DNA from: Nitrosarchaeum sp.
Lineage (GTDB): Archaea; Thermoproteota; Nitrososphaeria; Nitrososphaerales; Nitrosopumilaceae
NCBI GenBank assembly: GCA_965223865.1
Contig: OZ245020.1
Coordinates: 32,001 to 96,000 of the forward strand
Direction of reading: 5' to 3'
DNA length: 64,000 nt
Shown: positions 19,489 through 29,253 of the stretch, one piece after another
Layout of the letters: every line of letters begins with the position of its first letter
Numbering within the stretch: position 1 is the first letter of the stretch
Position numbers and translations under genes: made by a program
Notes under the pieces: generated by a model
Seen by the model: only the letters and a program-made list of their open reading frames with translations
Database searches by the model: none
Told to the model about the DNA's origin: nothing

Positions 19489-20511
19489 TTGAAAAGGAGT
19501 ATCATTCCAACCAGATTACGTTCAGGAAAAAAATCTGTAGAGGATTCGATAGGAAAATCAATAGAAAGAATTCAAGGAAATGGGTTTACATGGATTGATA
19601 TTCAAAATCCAGATAGATGGACAATTGAGGAATTAGCTCAAGAATTCAATCTAAATGCACTTAACATAGAAGACTGTCTTGCGAAATTTGAGCTTCCAAA
19701 GCTAGATGCATATGATGATCATTTCTTTTTGATCCTTCATTTTCAACCATTATTCTCAAAAATTGCTGCACCACAAGTTAGTCAGCTTTCAGTATTTATG
19801 GGGAAAAATTTTCTCATCACAATTCACCAAGGAGATTTAAAACCACTGGTTGACATTGTCAAAACTTGCAAAGAAGATAAAGACAATCATCGGAAGGAGC
19901 AGCTTTTAGGAGAATCGTCGGGTGCACTATTACACGAAATAATAGATGTTCTTGTAGACGATATGCTACATACCCTCCGTAGAATTATTGCAAATCTAGT
20001 CGAAATTGAGGAGGGAGTATTCGATGAGCGAAGATCCGTAGCTAAACAAATTTCACGACTCAGAAAAGAAATTACCATTCTTAGAAGAATTTCAAATCCA
20101 TTAAAGAGGTTAGTTTTGGAGACAGGAAAACAAGTACAACGTTTTATTCCAACAGATGATGAAGATCTCAAATTGTATTTTGATGATGTAATAGACCACC
20201 TTGATAGAATTATTGAGAGTTTAGAAGAGTCTAGAGAGACGATGGAAATTTACAAAGATACAGATTTTGTACTTAGTACGGAAAAAACAAACAAAGTCCT
20301 TGCGGTACTTACAATAATATTTACACTTGCAATTCCAGCCACCATAATTGGAACGTTTTATGGAATGAATGTTACAATACCAGGTGGTGTAGGTGAAGAA
20401 TCGGTTTCAATATTAGGAACATATTCTACATTCATAATCGTCATTTTAGCATCAATAATTCCTGCAGGATTGATGTTTGCATATTTTAAGAAATTAGGTT
20501 GGATGGGATAG
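19489..20511 (+). CDS. corA: CorA-family Mg2+/Co2+ transporter
   Basis: WIDI at the N-terminus; GMN signature (FYGMNV) after TM1; two C-terminal TMs. Confidence 0.93.
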   Translation: MKRSIIPTRLRSGKKSVEDSIGKSIERIQGNGFTWIDIQNPDRWTIEELAQEFNLNALNIEDCLAKFELPKLDAYDDHFFLILHFQPLFSKIAAPQVSQLSVFMGKNFLITIHQGDLKPLVDIVKTCKEDKDNHRKEQLLGESSGALLHEIIDVLVDDMLHTLRRIIANLVEIEEGVFDERRSVAKQISRLRKEITILRRISNPLKRLVLETGKQVQRFIPTDDEDLKLYFDDVIDHLDRIIESLEESRETMEIYKDTDFVLSTEKTNKVLAVLTIIFTLAIPATIIGTFYGMNVTIPGGVGEESVSILGTYSTFIIVILASIIPAGLMFAYFKKLGWMG

Positions 20512-20578
20512 TGTTAACAGCATCACAGTTTTCTAATTCCTCAACTTAGATAAATATAAGAAAATGAGATAAAAAAAT

Positions 20579-20716
20579 ATGGGAAAGATCAGAATTAGAA
20601 CTGGTAGAGGAACAGGAACAATGGAAGTAGAGGTAGAGGAACAGGTTCTAGGAAGAGCAAAAACAAAGGTTCCTGACAAAAACCATTATTTTCAATTTTA
20701 TAGATTCAACAAATGA
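20579..20716 (+). other. Small basic Gly/Arg-rich ORF, probably frameshifted near 20620
   Basis: TAAATATAAG at 20551-20560; MGKIRIRTGRGTGT, then in the -1 frame NGSRGRGTGSRKSKNKGS* (TGA 20674-20676); 14-nt direct repeat GGTAGAGGAACAGG spaced 29 nt. Confidence 0.45.
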
Positions 20717-20796
20717 ATTTTTTAAGTGTATGAATCAAAATCAGAATTAAGAACTTTAGAAAATTATATTTAATCATAATCAAACTTCTCTATGTC

Positions 20797-21222
20797 TTGA
20801 AAAAGATCAAAAATATTCTAGTACCTCTTGATGGTTCGTCAACATCGCTTAAAGGATTCAATTTAGCAATAGTTTTAGCAAAATCACTAGATGCAAAAAT
20901 TACTGTCATCAATGTTATTAGATTTTCAAATGGTTTTCAATTTCCTGTCTCATCAGAGATAAAACAAATTCATGTAAAAAGCGCAGAGAACATAATTTCA
21001 GAAGCTCAAAAAATAGCTAGAAAAGAAAGCATATCATTTATTGGAAAAATTGTAAAAGGAGATAATATAGGAAAAGAAATTGTGAAAAATGCAAAAACAA
21101 AGAATATGGACCTCATAATTATTGGATCTAGAGGACCTTATTCTGGTTCAGAAACATTTCTTGGCAGTGTGGCAAACTATGTCTTACATAAGGCAAATAT
21201 TCCTATTACAATAGTAAAATAA
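20797..21222 (+). CDS. Universal stress protein (UspA family)
   Basis: ILVPLDGS, DLIIIGSRG and FLGSVA motifs. Confidence 0.93.
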   Translation: MKKIKNILVPLDGSSTSLKGFNLAIVLAKSLDAKITVINVIRFSNGFQFPVSSEIKQIHVKSAENIISEAQKIARKESISFIGKIVKGDNIGKEIVKNAKTKNMDLIIIGSRGPYSGSETFLGSVANYVLHKANIPITIVK

Positions 21223-21235
21223 AATTTTTAGAATA

Positions 21236-21901
21236 TTAAATTTTGATATCAGGATTTACTTGTTTGAGTTTTTCCCAATCAGCCAAAAAGTTTTTGAGTC
21301 CAATGTCAGTTAAGGGATGTTTTAACATTTTATCTAACACTGCTGGAGGTAATGTTACAACATCAGCTCCTATTTTTGCAGCTTCTACAACATGCATTGG
21401 GTGCCTAATACTAGCAACAAGGATTTCAGTTTCAAAATTATAATTTGAGAAGATCTCCTTAATCTCTTTAATTAGATGCATTCCATCCTGACCAATATCA
21501 TCAAGTCTTCCAATAAAGGGGCTAACATATTTTGCACCAGATTTTGCTGCAAGAAGAGCTTGATTTGGTGAGAAAACCAAGGTAACATTAACAGGAATCC
21601 CTTGTGAAGAAAGATTTTTGCATGCCTTCAGTCCATTAGGAGTCATTGGGACTTTAACTACAACGTTGTTTCCATATTCACGCAGTCGTTTTCCTTCTTC
21701 AATCATTCCAGAGTATTCAGTACTAACAACTTCTAGACTAACATCACCTTTGATGATTTTTGTGATTTCTTCCATTCCATCTTTTGGATTGCCACCTTCT
21801 TTTGACATCAGAGATGGATTGGTAGTAATTCCATCAAGCAAGCCCATGTCATTAAATTTTCTAATTGATTCTAGGTTAGCAGTATCTAGAAAAATTTTCA
21901 T
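21236..21901 (-). CDS. tal: Transaldolase (FSA/TalC type)
   Basis: [39 protein letters not shown] and ASIR motifs. Confidence 0.95.
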   Translation of the reverse strand: MKIFLDTANLESIRKFNDMGLLDGITTNPSLMSKEGGNPKDGMEEITKIIKGDVSLEVVSTEYSGMIEEGKRLREYGNNVVVKVPMTPNGLKACKNLSSQGIPVNVTLVFSPNQALLAAKSGAKYVSPFIGRLDDIGQDGMHLIKEIKEIFSNYNFETEILVASIRHPMHVVEAAKIGADVVTLPPAVLDKMLKHPLTDIGLKNFLADWEKLKQVNPDIKI

Positions 21902-22872
21902 AATTTTTTGTTCCTCAATTCCTTGACTTGTTTTGCCATATTAAAAGATGTTATTCCATGTTTTTCTAAAAGTAGTGGTATTTCATTATCTCTTGCAGAT
22001 TCTCCGAACATATCTTGTGCACCGATTCTTTTGATTGGAACTGGGTACCTTTCAGAAACTGCCTCTGCAACAGCAGAACCCATTCCACCAAAAATATTAT
22101 GTTCCTCACAGGTAACAATACATCCAGTTTCACGAGATGCTTTTTCTAAAAGTTCGGTGTCTATTGGTTTTATTGAAAAGATATCAAGAACTCTGCATGA
22201 AATTCCTTCTTGTTGTAGAGATTCAGCAGCTTCAAGGGCCATCCTAACAGTAATTCCACATGCAGCAATGGTAGCATCACTTCCATCACGAACTGTAATC
22301 CCTTTGCCGACTTGAAATTCTTGATAGTCTGAATAAACCACAGGTGTCTTTGACCTCGCCATTCTCATGTAGAAGGGACCATACTCTTGAGACATCAATC
22401 TTGTCAATTTTGAAACAGCAAAAGTATCTGCTGGGATAAAGACACGAAAATTGGGGATTGCTCTCATAATTGCAATATCTTCAATTTGTTGATGGGAACC
22501 ACCATCAGGTCCTACAGTCAAGCCTCCATGAGAAACAACTAATTTAACATTAAGACCTTTTTTTCCAGGAGGAGAAGGATATGCAATTCCATTTCGAATT
22601 TGATCTACTGCTCTACCAGGAAGGAAAATTGCATAGGTACTTGCAAAGGAAATTTTACCTGATACAGCAAACCCTGCAGATAGTGAAACAAGATTTCCTT
22701 CTGCAATTCCTACATTAAAAAAACGATTTGGAAATTCCTTTCCAAATCCTGAAGTCTTCAAAGAATCAGTTGTATCAGCACCTAAAACAACAACATTAGG
22801 ATTTTCCCTACCAATTTCAACCAGAGTTTTTGAATACTCTGTTCTCATGTCAGTCATTTTAGGAGGGTTCAA
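21898..22872 (-). CDS. Transketolase, C-terminal (pyrimidine-binding) subunit
   Basis: [22 protein letters not shown] and EEH motifs. Confidence 0.93.
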   Translation of the reverse strand: MNPPKMTDMRTEYSKTLVEIGRENPNVVVLGADTTDSLKTSGFGKEFPNRFFNVGIAEGNLVSLSAGFAVSGKISFASTYAIFLPGRAVDQIRNGIAYPSPPGKKGLNVKLVVSHGGLTVGPDGGSHQQIEDIAIMRAIPNFRVFIPADTFAVSKLTRLMSQEYGPFYMRMARSKTPVVYSDYQEFQVGKGITVRDGSDATIAACGITVRMALEAAESLQQEGISCRVLDIFSIKPIDTELLEKASRETGCIVTCEEHNIFGGMGSAVAEAVSERYPVPIKRIGAQDMFGESARDNEIPLLLEKHGITSFNMAKQVKELRNKKL

Positions 22873-24536
22873 AGATATCCTGCCTCTTCTGCTAGTTTCC
22901 TAATTTGATCGTGTTTTCCGCCTATAACATGCAATTCTATCCATTTCTTTACTAGTTCAGAACCACCTAACTCGTTTGCTTTATCAAGAAGCAGTTTTCT
23001 TCTGGATTTTCTTACTTCATGTCTAAATTCCCTAATTGTGGTTCTAACATCTTTCTGACCAATTATTGCACTACCTCCAACAAATGCTCGTGCACCATCT
23101 GCAAAAACGGCACCAATATTATCAAGGGTAATGCCACCATCGGCCTCAATGTAACCTGTAAAATTATGTTCACTCAAAACAGGTTTGAGATTTTTCATTT
23201 TTTCATGAGTTCCTTCAATATATTTTTGCCCAGATTTTCCTGGAACAACAGACATTACGATTAGTTGGTCAATTGTTGGAATAAATTTGAAGGACCAGTT
23301 TGGAAGATTAGTATCAGGATTTATTGCTAAACCCACTCCAACTTGATTTTGTTTTAACAAGTCATGTATTTCTCCAAAACTTGACTCATCGCAAACTTCT
23401 GCATGAACAGTAACAATATCACTTCCTGCGTCAATATAATTGCGAATATGTTTTACTGGTTCATTAATCATCAAATGAGTGTCAAACGGAATTACAGTTA
23501 ATGGTCTTAATTCTTTAATTTTTGTATGATCAAAAGTTTTGTTTGGAACAAACTGACCGTCCATTACATCAAGATGTATGAAACTGGCTCTTCCGGCTAC
23601 ACATCGCTTAATTTCGTAACCTAGATCTTCCATGTTACCTGCAATAATAGATGGTGCAATCATAAATTGAGAACTAAGTTCTTGATAGATTATTGGTACA
23701 ACATCTGAATCAGGTGCTTTTCCATGCCATTGAGGATTGTCCTCCATATGTTCAACAGATTTTCCTTTGATTGTTCTTGAAATAATGATTGTCGGTACAC
23801 CTTTTGTTACATTGGCTTTGGCAATTGCTGCATTGATTTGTTCAATTCTATGACCGTCAATTTCAATAACATTCCAACCAAATGATCTCCACTTGTCTCC
23901 AGTTTTCCATCTTGAAGCGTCTTTCCACATCTCTGAAGGATCATCATCTACTAAGTATTCATCAAGAGGCATAATTTTTTCAGTGTAAGAGTCCTGTTGG
24001 ATAAAATTTCTATCTAAAAAGGCTATCAGATTATCAACTTTGTATTTAGCAGCAGTCATTGCAGCTTCCCATACTTGTCCCTCATCTGATTCACCATCAC
24101 CCATAATTGTATAGACATGATAGTTTTTACCATCAATTTTTCCTGCTAATGCAATTCCAACGGAATAGGACAAACCTGTACCAAGAGAACCTCCACAAAA
24201 TTCAACACCAGGACATTTCAGATCAGGATGGCCTTGTAGTTTACTTTCAAATTTTCTTAAAGTATCTAGTTCTGATTCAGGGAAATATCCTGCAACTGCC
24301 ATATTAGAAAATAGACCTGGTGCAGCATGTCCTTTTGATAATACAAGTCGATCTCTGTCTTCCCATGTAGGATTTTTTGGATCAAATTTTAAGTATTTAT
24401 AAAATAAACAGCCCAAAATTTCAGCCATTGAAAAAGAACCTCCAGGATGACCAGAACCTGCTATACTTGTAGATCGAATTACAAGTTTACGGGCACTTAG
24501 AATATTCTTCTTTATTTCATAATAATTAAGACCCAT
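22869..24536 (-). CDS. Transketolase N-terminal subunit fused to ribulose-phosphate 3-epimerase
   Basis: SGHPGG, LSKGH, LQGHP and GDGE TPP motifs, then IAPSI, HLDVMDG, DTHLMI, TVHAE, MSVVPG and DGGI Rpe motifs. Confidence 0.92.
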   Translation of the reverse strand: MGLNYYEIKKNILSARKLVIRSTSIAGSGHPGGSFSMAEILGCLFYKYLKFDPKNPTWEDRDRLVLSKGHAAPGLFSNMAVAGYFPESELDTLRKFESKLQGHPDLKCPGVEFCGGSLGTGLSYSVGIALAGKIDGKNYHVYTIMGDGESDEGQVWEAAMTAAKYKVDNLIAFLDRNFIQQDSYTEKIMPLDEYLVDDDPSEMWKDASRWKTGDKWRSFGWNVIEIDGHRIEQINAAIAKANVTKGVPTIIISRTIKGKSVEHMEDNPQWHGKAPDSDVVPIIYQELSSQFMIAPSIIAGNMEDLGYEIKRCVAGRASFIHLDVMDGQFVPNKTFDHTKIKELRPLTVIPFDTHLMINEPVKHIRNYIDAGSDIVTVHAEVCDESSFGEIHDLLKQNQVGVGLAINPDTNLPNWSFKFIPTIDQLIVMSVVPGKSGQKYIEGTHEKMKNLKPVLSEHNFTGYIEADGGITLDNIGAVFADGARAFVGGSAIIGQKDVRTTIREFRHEVRKSRRKLLLDKANELGGSELVKKWIELHVIGGKHDQIRKLAEEAGYL

Positions 24537-24614
24537 AACTGATTCAATTTCTTTAGAATTTTAATAAAAATCTACTTCTGAAAAATTTTAATTTGATCGC
24601 AGTTGTTTATTGAT

Positions 24615-24995
24615 ATGAATTACAAGGAAAACATTCCATTGGTAGTTTATGATAATCAATGTTATGTGTGTGTGAAATTTGCAAAAATAATTCATTTTTT
24701 TGCAAGAGGTAAAATTACAATGATAGGACATTATTCAGATTTAGGACAAAGCATAAGAGAGAAAATTTTAGATGATTCTGCACTTGAGATGTTTTGGTTT
24801 ATTGATGAAAAAAATGCTTTTGGTGGAAGAGCTGCTCTCTTGCCATTACTAAAAGCAATATTCACTTCCAAGAGAAAAAAAACAAATTCATTAATAGTTG
24901 ATGATGAATGTGAGCAAGATTGTAAAAGTTCAAAAGCTGTATTTATCAGATCTGCAAGTTTGCTATCAAATAGTAAAACCATCAAAATTGATTAA
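24615..24995 (+). CDS. DCC1-like thiol-disulfide oxidoreductase (DUF393-type)
   Basis: N-terminal VYDNQCYVC (DxxCxxC) motif. Confidence 0.75.
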   Translation: MNYKENIPLVVYDNQCYVCVKFAKIIHFFARGKITMIGHYSDLGQSIREKILDDSALEMFWFIDEKNAFGGRAALLPLLKAIFTSKRKKTNSLIVDDECEQDCKSSKAVFIRSASLLSNSKTIKID

Positions 24996-25206
24996 AATCA
25001 TAAGAAATTAGAATAAATTTTGCATAATATTAAATGTGATTTTTAATCTTCTAATTTTAAAAAAATAATTTTGAATTATATAATAATTAAGAGAATCAAG
25101 GATCATAGAAAATCTAAAATTAGTATTCATCATTTTGATAAAATAGTTAAAGAGTGAATTCCAGATTAATCATAAATCTAAATATTACAATAAAATACAG
25201 TATCAT

Positions 25207-26679
25207 ATGAAGATAAAAATTGAAAATTGTAATCCAAATCAAAAGAAAACTGCTATGCTTTGTGGATTTGTTTTAGAGGATTCAGATAAAATTCTAGGGT
25301 TTACCAAAATAGATTCAAAAGTTGTTTCCTCTGTAAAACAGACTCTAAAAGACATGGGAGGAAAATTAGGAAAGATTTCAGTTATTCCTACAAAATTGCC
25401 AGCTCAAAGGATCCTTTTAGCAGGATTAGGAAAAGAAGAAAAATTCACAAATGATACCATCAGGTATGTTTCTGGCAAGATAGCTCAAAAGGCAAGAGAA
25501 TTAAAAATACCAGAATTTTCCATCATACATCCACCAAGCATCATAGTAGATCCAATATCATCAGCTTCGCAGATAGTTGAGGGATGTAAAATGTCCCTTT
25601 ACAAATTTGAAAAATTCAAAACAGAAAAAGAAAACAAAACACCGGATCTTTCAATTATATCTTCAAAATTAAATAAAATTACTAAAGCAGTTAAAACAGC
25701 AGAGATTGTATCGGAAGGTTCGATTTTTACAAAAAGTATTGCAAATCTTCCTCCAAATGAATGCACACCAACAACTTTAGCAAATTTTGCTAGAGAAATG
25801 GCAAAGGAGAATAAAATGAAATGCATTGTAATTTCTAAAAAGGAATTAAAAAAGAAGGGGTTTGGTGGTATTACTGCGGTTGGACAAGGAAGTAAAAATG
25901 AACCAAAGATGATAATTTTAGAACATAACAAAGGAAAAGCCACAGAGAAACCAATTGTTCTAGTTGGAAAGGCAGTCACTTTTGATACTGGAGGAATTTC
26001 TCTAAAACCTGGAGAAAAAATGGATGAAATGAAGTTTGATAAGTGTGGAGGTTGTACTATTTTGGGAATAATGAAAGCAGTTTCTGAATTAAAACTTCCC
26101 GTAAACGTTGTAGGAATAATACCATCAGTAGAAAATATGCCTGGAGGTGAATCCTATAGACCGGGCGATATCATAAAGCTGTACAATGGAAAAACTGCAG
26201 AAATTTTAAACACAGATGCTGAAGGGAGGTTAATTTTAGCTGATGCATTATCTTATGGAGAAAAACACTATTCACCAAAGGCCATCATTGATTTTGCAAC
26301 ATTAACTGGAGCATGTATTATTGCATTGGGTACCAATGTAGCAGGAATGGTTTCAAGTAACGACAAACTAAAACAAAAAATTTTGGATGCATCAAGAAGA
26401 ACTACAGAAGAACTTTGGGAACTTCCTCTTAATGAGGACTACATGGATATGATAAAATCAGATGTGGCAGACATGAAAAACATTGGAATTGGCAGAGCTG
26501 CTGGAACAATAACAGCTGCGGCATTTCTTCGAAATGCTATAAATAATACTCCTTGGATTCATATCGATATTGCAGGTGTTGCCTGGACTCAAGTTGCAAC
26601 AAAGGAAAAACCATACAATCCAAAAGGAGCAACAGGATTTGGAGTAAGATTGATCTTAAATTACATTCAACATATCTAG
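25207..26679 (+). CDS. pepA: Leucyl aminopeptidase (M17)
   Basis: GKAVTFDTGG, MKFDKCG, NTDAEGRLIL, ATLTG and HIDIAG motifs. Confidence 0.96.
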   Translation: MKIKIENCNPNQKKTAMLCGFVLEDSDKILGFTKIDSKVVSSVKQTLKDMGGKLGKISVIPTKLPAQRILLAGLGKEEKFTNDTIRYVSGKIAQKARELKIPEFSIIHPPSIIVDPISSASQIVEGCKMSLYKFEKFKTEKENKTPDLSIISSKLNKITKAVKTAEIVSEGSIFTKSIANLPPNECTPTTLANFAREMAKENKMKCIVISKKELKKKGFGGITAVGQGSKNEPKMIILEHNKGKATEKPIVLVGKAVTFDTGGISLKPGEKMDEMKFDKCGGCTILGIMKAVSELKLPVNVVGIIPSVENMPGGESYRPGDIIKLYNGKTAEILNTDAEGRLILADALSYGEKHYSPKAIIDFATLTGACIIALGTNVAGMVSSNDKLKQKILDASRRTTEELWELPLNEDYMDMIKSDVADMKNIGIGRAAGTITAAAFLRNAINNTPWIHIDIAGVAWTQVATKEKPYNPKGATGFGVRLILNYIQHI

Positions 26680-26753
26680 TTCAGATTCAGAATTAATTCT
26701 CAATATTGAAAATTAATTTCTATATTATTATACAAAAAATCAATTATCAATAC

Positions 26754-26885
26754 ATGTCTGAAGAGGCTGCTTGTGATTGCAATGATGCACATCATACAGG
26801 TCATGATTACATTCACTATAGACATGTGGGTGATCAGTGTATTCATCCAGATGGTCACATACATAAAATTGGAGAGGAAATTTGA
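26754..26885 (+). CDS. 43-aa His/Cys-rich microprotein, not in the ORF track
   Basis: MSEEAACDCNDAHHTGHDYIHYRHVGDQCIHPDGHIHKIGEEI*; TTATTATA at 26725-26732; stop overlaps the next start (TTGA). Confidence 0.7.
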   Translation: MSEEAACDCNDAHHTGHDYIHYRHVGDQCIHPDGHIHKIGEEI

Positions 26886-27070
26886 CCGTAGAGAATGCTG
26901 TTATGCGATTAAACGATCTAATTATGGAAAGAGAGCAACTCAAAGAATTGATTGAAAAAGAGATGAAATATGATATTTCAGAGACTGCAAAAACAAGTGT
27001 TATTGCAACTGCAGATTTTCTAAAAGACGAGATTGAAACTCTAAAAGAGATTCTAAAAGAGTTAGACTAG
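26882..27070 (+). CDS. 62-aa acidic helical/coiled-coil hypothetical protein
   Basis: Heptad-like Leu/Ile pattern; 4-nt overlap with the upstream stop. Confidence 0.65.
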   Translation: MTVENAVMRLNDLIMEREQLKELIEKEMKYDISETAKTSVIATADFLKDEIETLKEILKELD

Positions 27071-27195
27071 TATCCCCTGCTGTTTCTGTCAGGTTTGTTA
27101 ATGTTTGGATTTCTAAAGCCATGCTTTTCCATCATATGGTTAAGGAATCGTATATCGTCAGAGAACATTTCTCCGCAAACAGTACAGCTTGGCAT
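27067..27195 (-). CDS. 42-aa single C2H2 zinc-finger microprotein, not in the ORF track
   Basis: MPSCTVCGEMFSDDIRFLNHMMEKHGFRNPNINKPDRNSRGY*: C-x2-C-x3-F-x8-H-x4-H; TTTTAATAA about 30 nt upstream. Confidence 0.75.
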   Translation of the reverse strand: MPSCTVCGEMFSDDIRFLNHMMEKHGFRNPNINKPDRNSRGY

Positions 27196-27254
27196 TAAAA
27201 TCAAATTGCAGTCATCAGAGTTGTTATTAAAAGATTAGTCAGTTAAATATTGAA

Positions 27255-27372
27255 AATGCCAGCACTGTTGCTTCCCAAGAGCTCTCGCATCTTAGTAGCA
27301 CAACAGCGACGTTAGGTTTGACTTCCAAGTTCGGAAAGGGATTGGGTCGCACCCTAACGCTATGGCCGGCTT
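27255..27372 (-). rRNA. rrf: 5S rRNA (stand-alone)
   Basis: Reverse complement GCCGGCCATAGCG...CCCAATCCCTTTCCGAACTTGGAAGTCAAACC...GTGCTGGC carries the conserved CCGAAC and terminal-helix complementarity; ends approximate. Confidence 0.92.
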
Positions 27373-27465
27373 GAAATGTTTTATTAGATTCTTATCTATT
27401 AACCTAACGCCAGAGTTTAGATTAGTTCAAAAGAGGTATAAAGCAAGGAGTAATCGAAATACGAC

Positions 27466-29253
27466 ATGACACACAGGGTTGCAGTACTAGACAAAGAGCT
27501 TTGTCAACCCAAAAAATGTGGCTTAGAATGCATAAAATACTGTCCAGTAAACAAATCTGGCGCAGATTGCATCGTACTTAATGAGGAGACAAAAAAGGCC
27601 CAAATTGATGAAGATATTTGTAATGGTTGTGGAATATGTGTCAAGGTTTGCCCGTTTGAGGCAATTACTATTGTTAATTTAGCTAGTGAAATAGCTACTG
27701 ATAAGATACATCAGTATGGTCCTAACTCATTTAGACTTTACAAATTACCCACTCCTAAAAAAGGAGAGGTGGTAGGACTCCTCGGTAGAAATGGAATGGG
27801 AAAAAGTACAGTTGTAAATATTCTATCAGGAAATCTCAAACCAAATCTTGGAAATTATGAAAACCCACCGGAATGGGATGAAATTCTAAAGTATTACAGT
27901 GGAACAGAACTAAAATTACATTTTGAAAAGATTAAGCAAGATCAAATACGTGCTTCAATTAAACCACAACAAGTGTATCAAATTGCACAGGCATTTAATG
28001 GAACAGGAAAAGAATTGATTGAAAAATATGATGAAAGAGGAATATCAAGTCAACTAATCAAAGAATTAGGTTTACAAAATTCAGTTGATCAAAGTCTAAA
28101 AGAGCTAAGCGGTGGAGAATTACAAAGAATAGCAGTTGCAGTAGCAGCATCAAAAGATACCGAATTTTATTTTTTTGATGAACCCTCTTCATATAATGAT
28201 GTTTTTCAACGGACAGGAGTTGCCAGAGTAATTCAAGGATTAGCCAAAATTGGAAAAAGTGTAATGGTAGTCGAACATGACCTCACCTTACTAGATTTTC
28301 TAAGTGATTATATAGAAGTATTATACGGAGAACCAGCTGCTTATGGGATTGTTTCAAATATTTTATCAACCAAAGTTGGAATCAATGTATTTCTTGATGG
28401 GTATCTTCCAAATGAAAATGTGAGATTTAGAGACAAAAAGTTCTCATTTGATGTTTCATCGTCTTCTACAGATCAATTTCAAGAAGGTAGTGAGGTTATT
28501 GCATATCCAAGATTGGAGAAAAACTATCCATCATTTTCTGTAACAATCGAACCTGGTTTAGTAAGAAAAGGCGAAATTTTAGGAATTATGGGTGCAAATG
28601 CACTTGGTAAAACTACTATGATGAAAATTATTGCAGGAGTAGAAAAACCAGATTCTGGTACAGTGGATAAGAAAATAAAAATTGCATACAAGCCGCAGTA
28701 TCTTCAAAACGATTTGGATTTAGAAGTTGTGGTATTACTTAACAAAGCAAATGGAGGTCCGGTAGAAGGAAGTCAAGAAGAAGAGCAAATCTTGGATCCA
28801 TTAAAAATTAAAAAGTTGTACAGCAAATCTGTCAAAAATCTTTCTGGAGGAGAACTTCAAAAAGTTGCAGTAGCATCGTGTCTCTTGCAGAAAGTAGATC
28901 TATATGCATTAGATGAACCATCTGCCTTCTTAGATGTAGAAGATAGAATTGCAATAGCAAAATTTCTACAGAAATTTGTTAGATCATTTGGAAAATCAGC
29001 AATAATTATTGATCATGATTTGCAATTAATGGATCTGATTTCTGATTCAATAGTAATTTTTGAAGGAGAATCTGGAAAAACGGGTCATGCCACTTCTCCA
29101 ATGAACAAAGGAGATGCTATGAATAGATTTCTCAAATCACTTGATATGTCATTTAGGAGAGATGAAAAGAGTCTCAGACCACGAGTAAATAAGTTAGAAA
29201 GTAGATTAGATAAAGAACAAAAGAGTTCTGGAAATTTCTATTACAAGAATTGA
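27466..29253 (+). CDS. rli: Ribosome recycling ATPase ABCE1/Rli1
   Basis: N-terminal 2x[4Fe-4S] Cys motifs; two ABC domains with LSGGELQ and DEPS. Confidence 0.97.
   Translation: MTHRVAVLDKELCQPKKCGLECIKYCPVNKSGADCIVLNEETKKAQIDEDICNGCGICVKVCPFEAITIVNLASEIATDKIHQYGPNSFRLYKLPTPKKGEVVGLLGRNGMGKSTVVNILSGNLKPNLGNYENPPEWDEILKYYSGTELKLHFEKIKQDQIRASIKPQQVYQIAQAFNGTGKELIEKYDERGISSQLIKELGLQNSVDQSLKELSGGELQRIAVAVAASKDTEFYFFDEPSSYNDVFQRTGVARVIQGLAKIGKSVMVVEHDLTLLDFLSDYIEVLYGEPAAYGIVSNILSTKVGINVFLDGYLPNENVRFRDKKFSFDVSSSSTDQFQEGSEVIAYPRLEKNYPSFSVTIEPGLVRKGEILGIMGANALGKTTMMKIIAGVEKPDSGTVDKKIKIAYKPQYLQNDLDLEVVVLLNKANGGPVEGSQEEEQILDPLKIKKLYSKSVKNLSGGELQKVAVASCLLQKVDLYALDEPSAFLDVEDRIAIAKFLQKFVRSFGKSAIIIDHDLQLMDLISDSIVIFEGESGKTGHATSPMNKGDAMNRFLKSLDMSFRRDEKSLRPRVNKLESRLDKEQKSSGNFYYKN

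Noticed and set aside
26740-26955. Track ORFs 26740..26943(-) and 26773..26955(+)
   Set aside because: Shadow frames of the His-rich ORF 26754..26885, which has the TATA box, an ATG start and a coupled stop/start overlap
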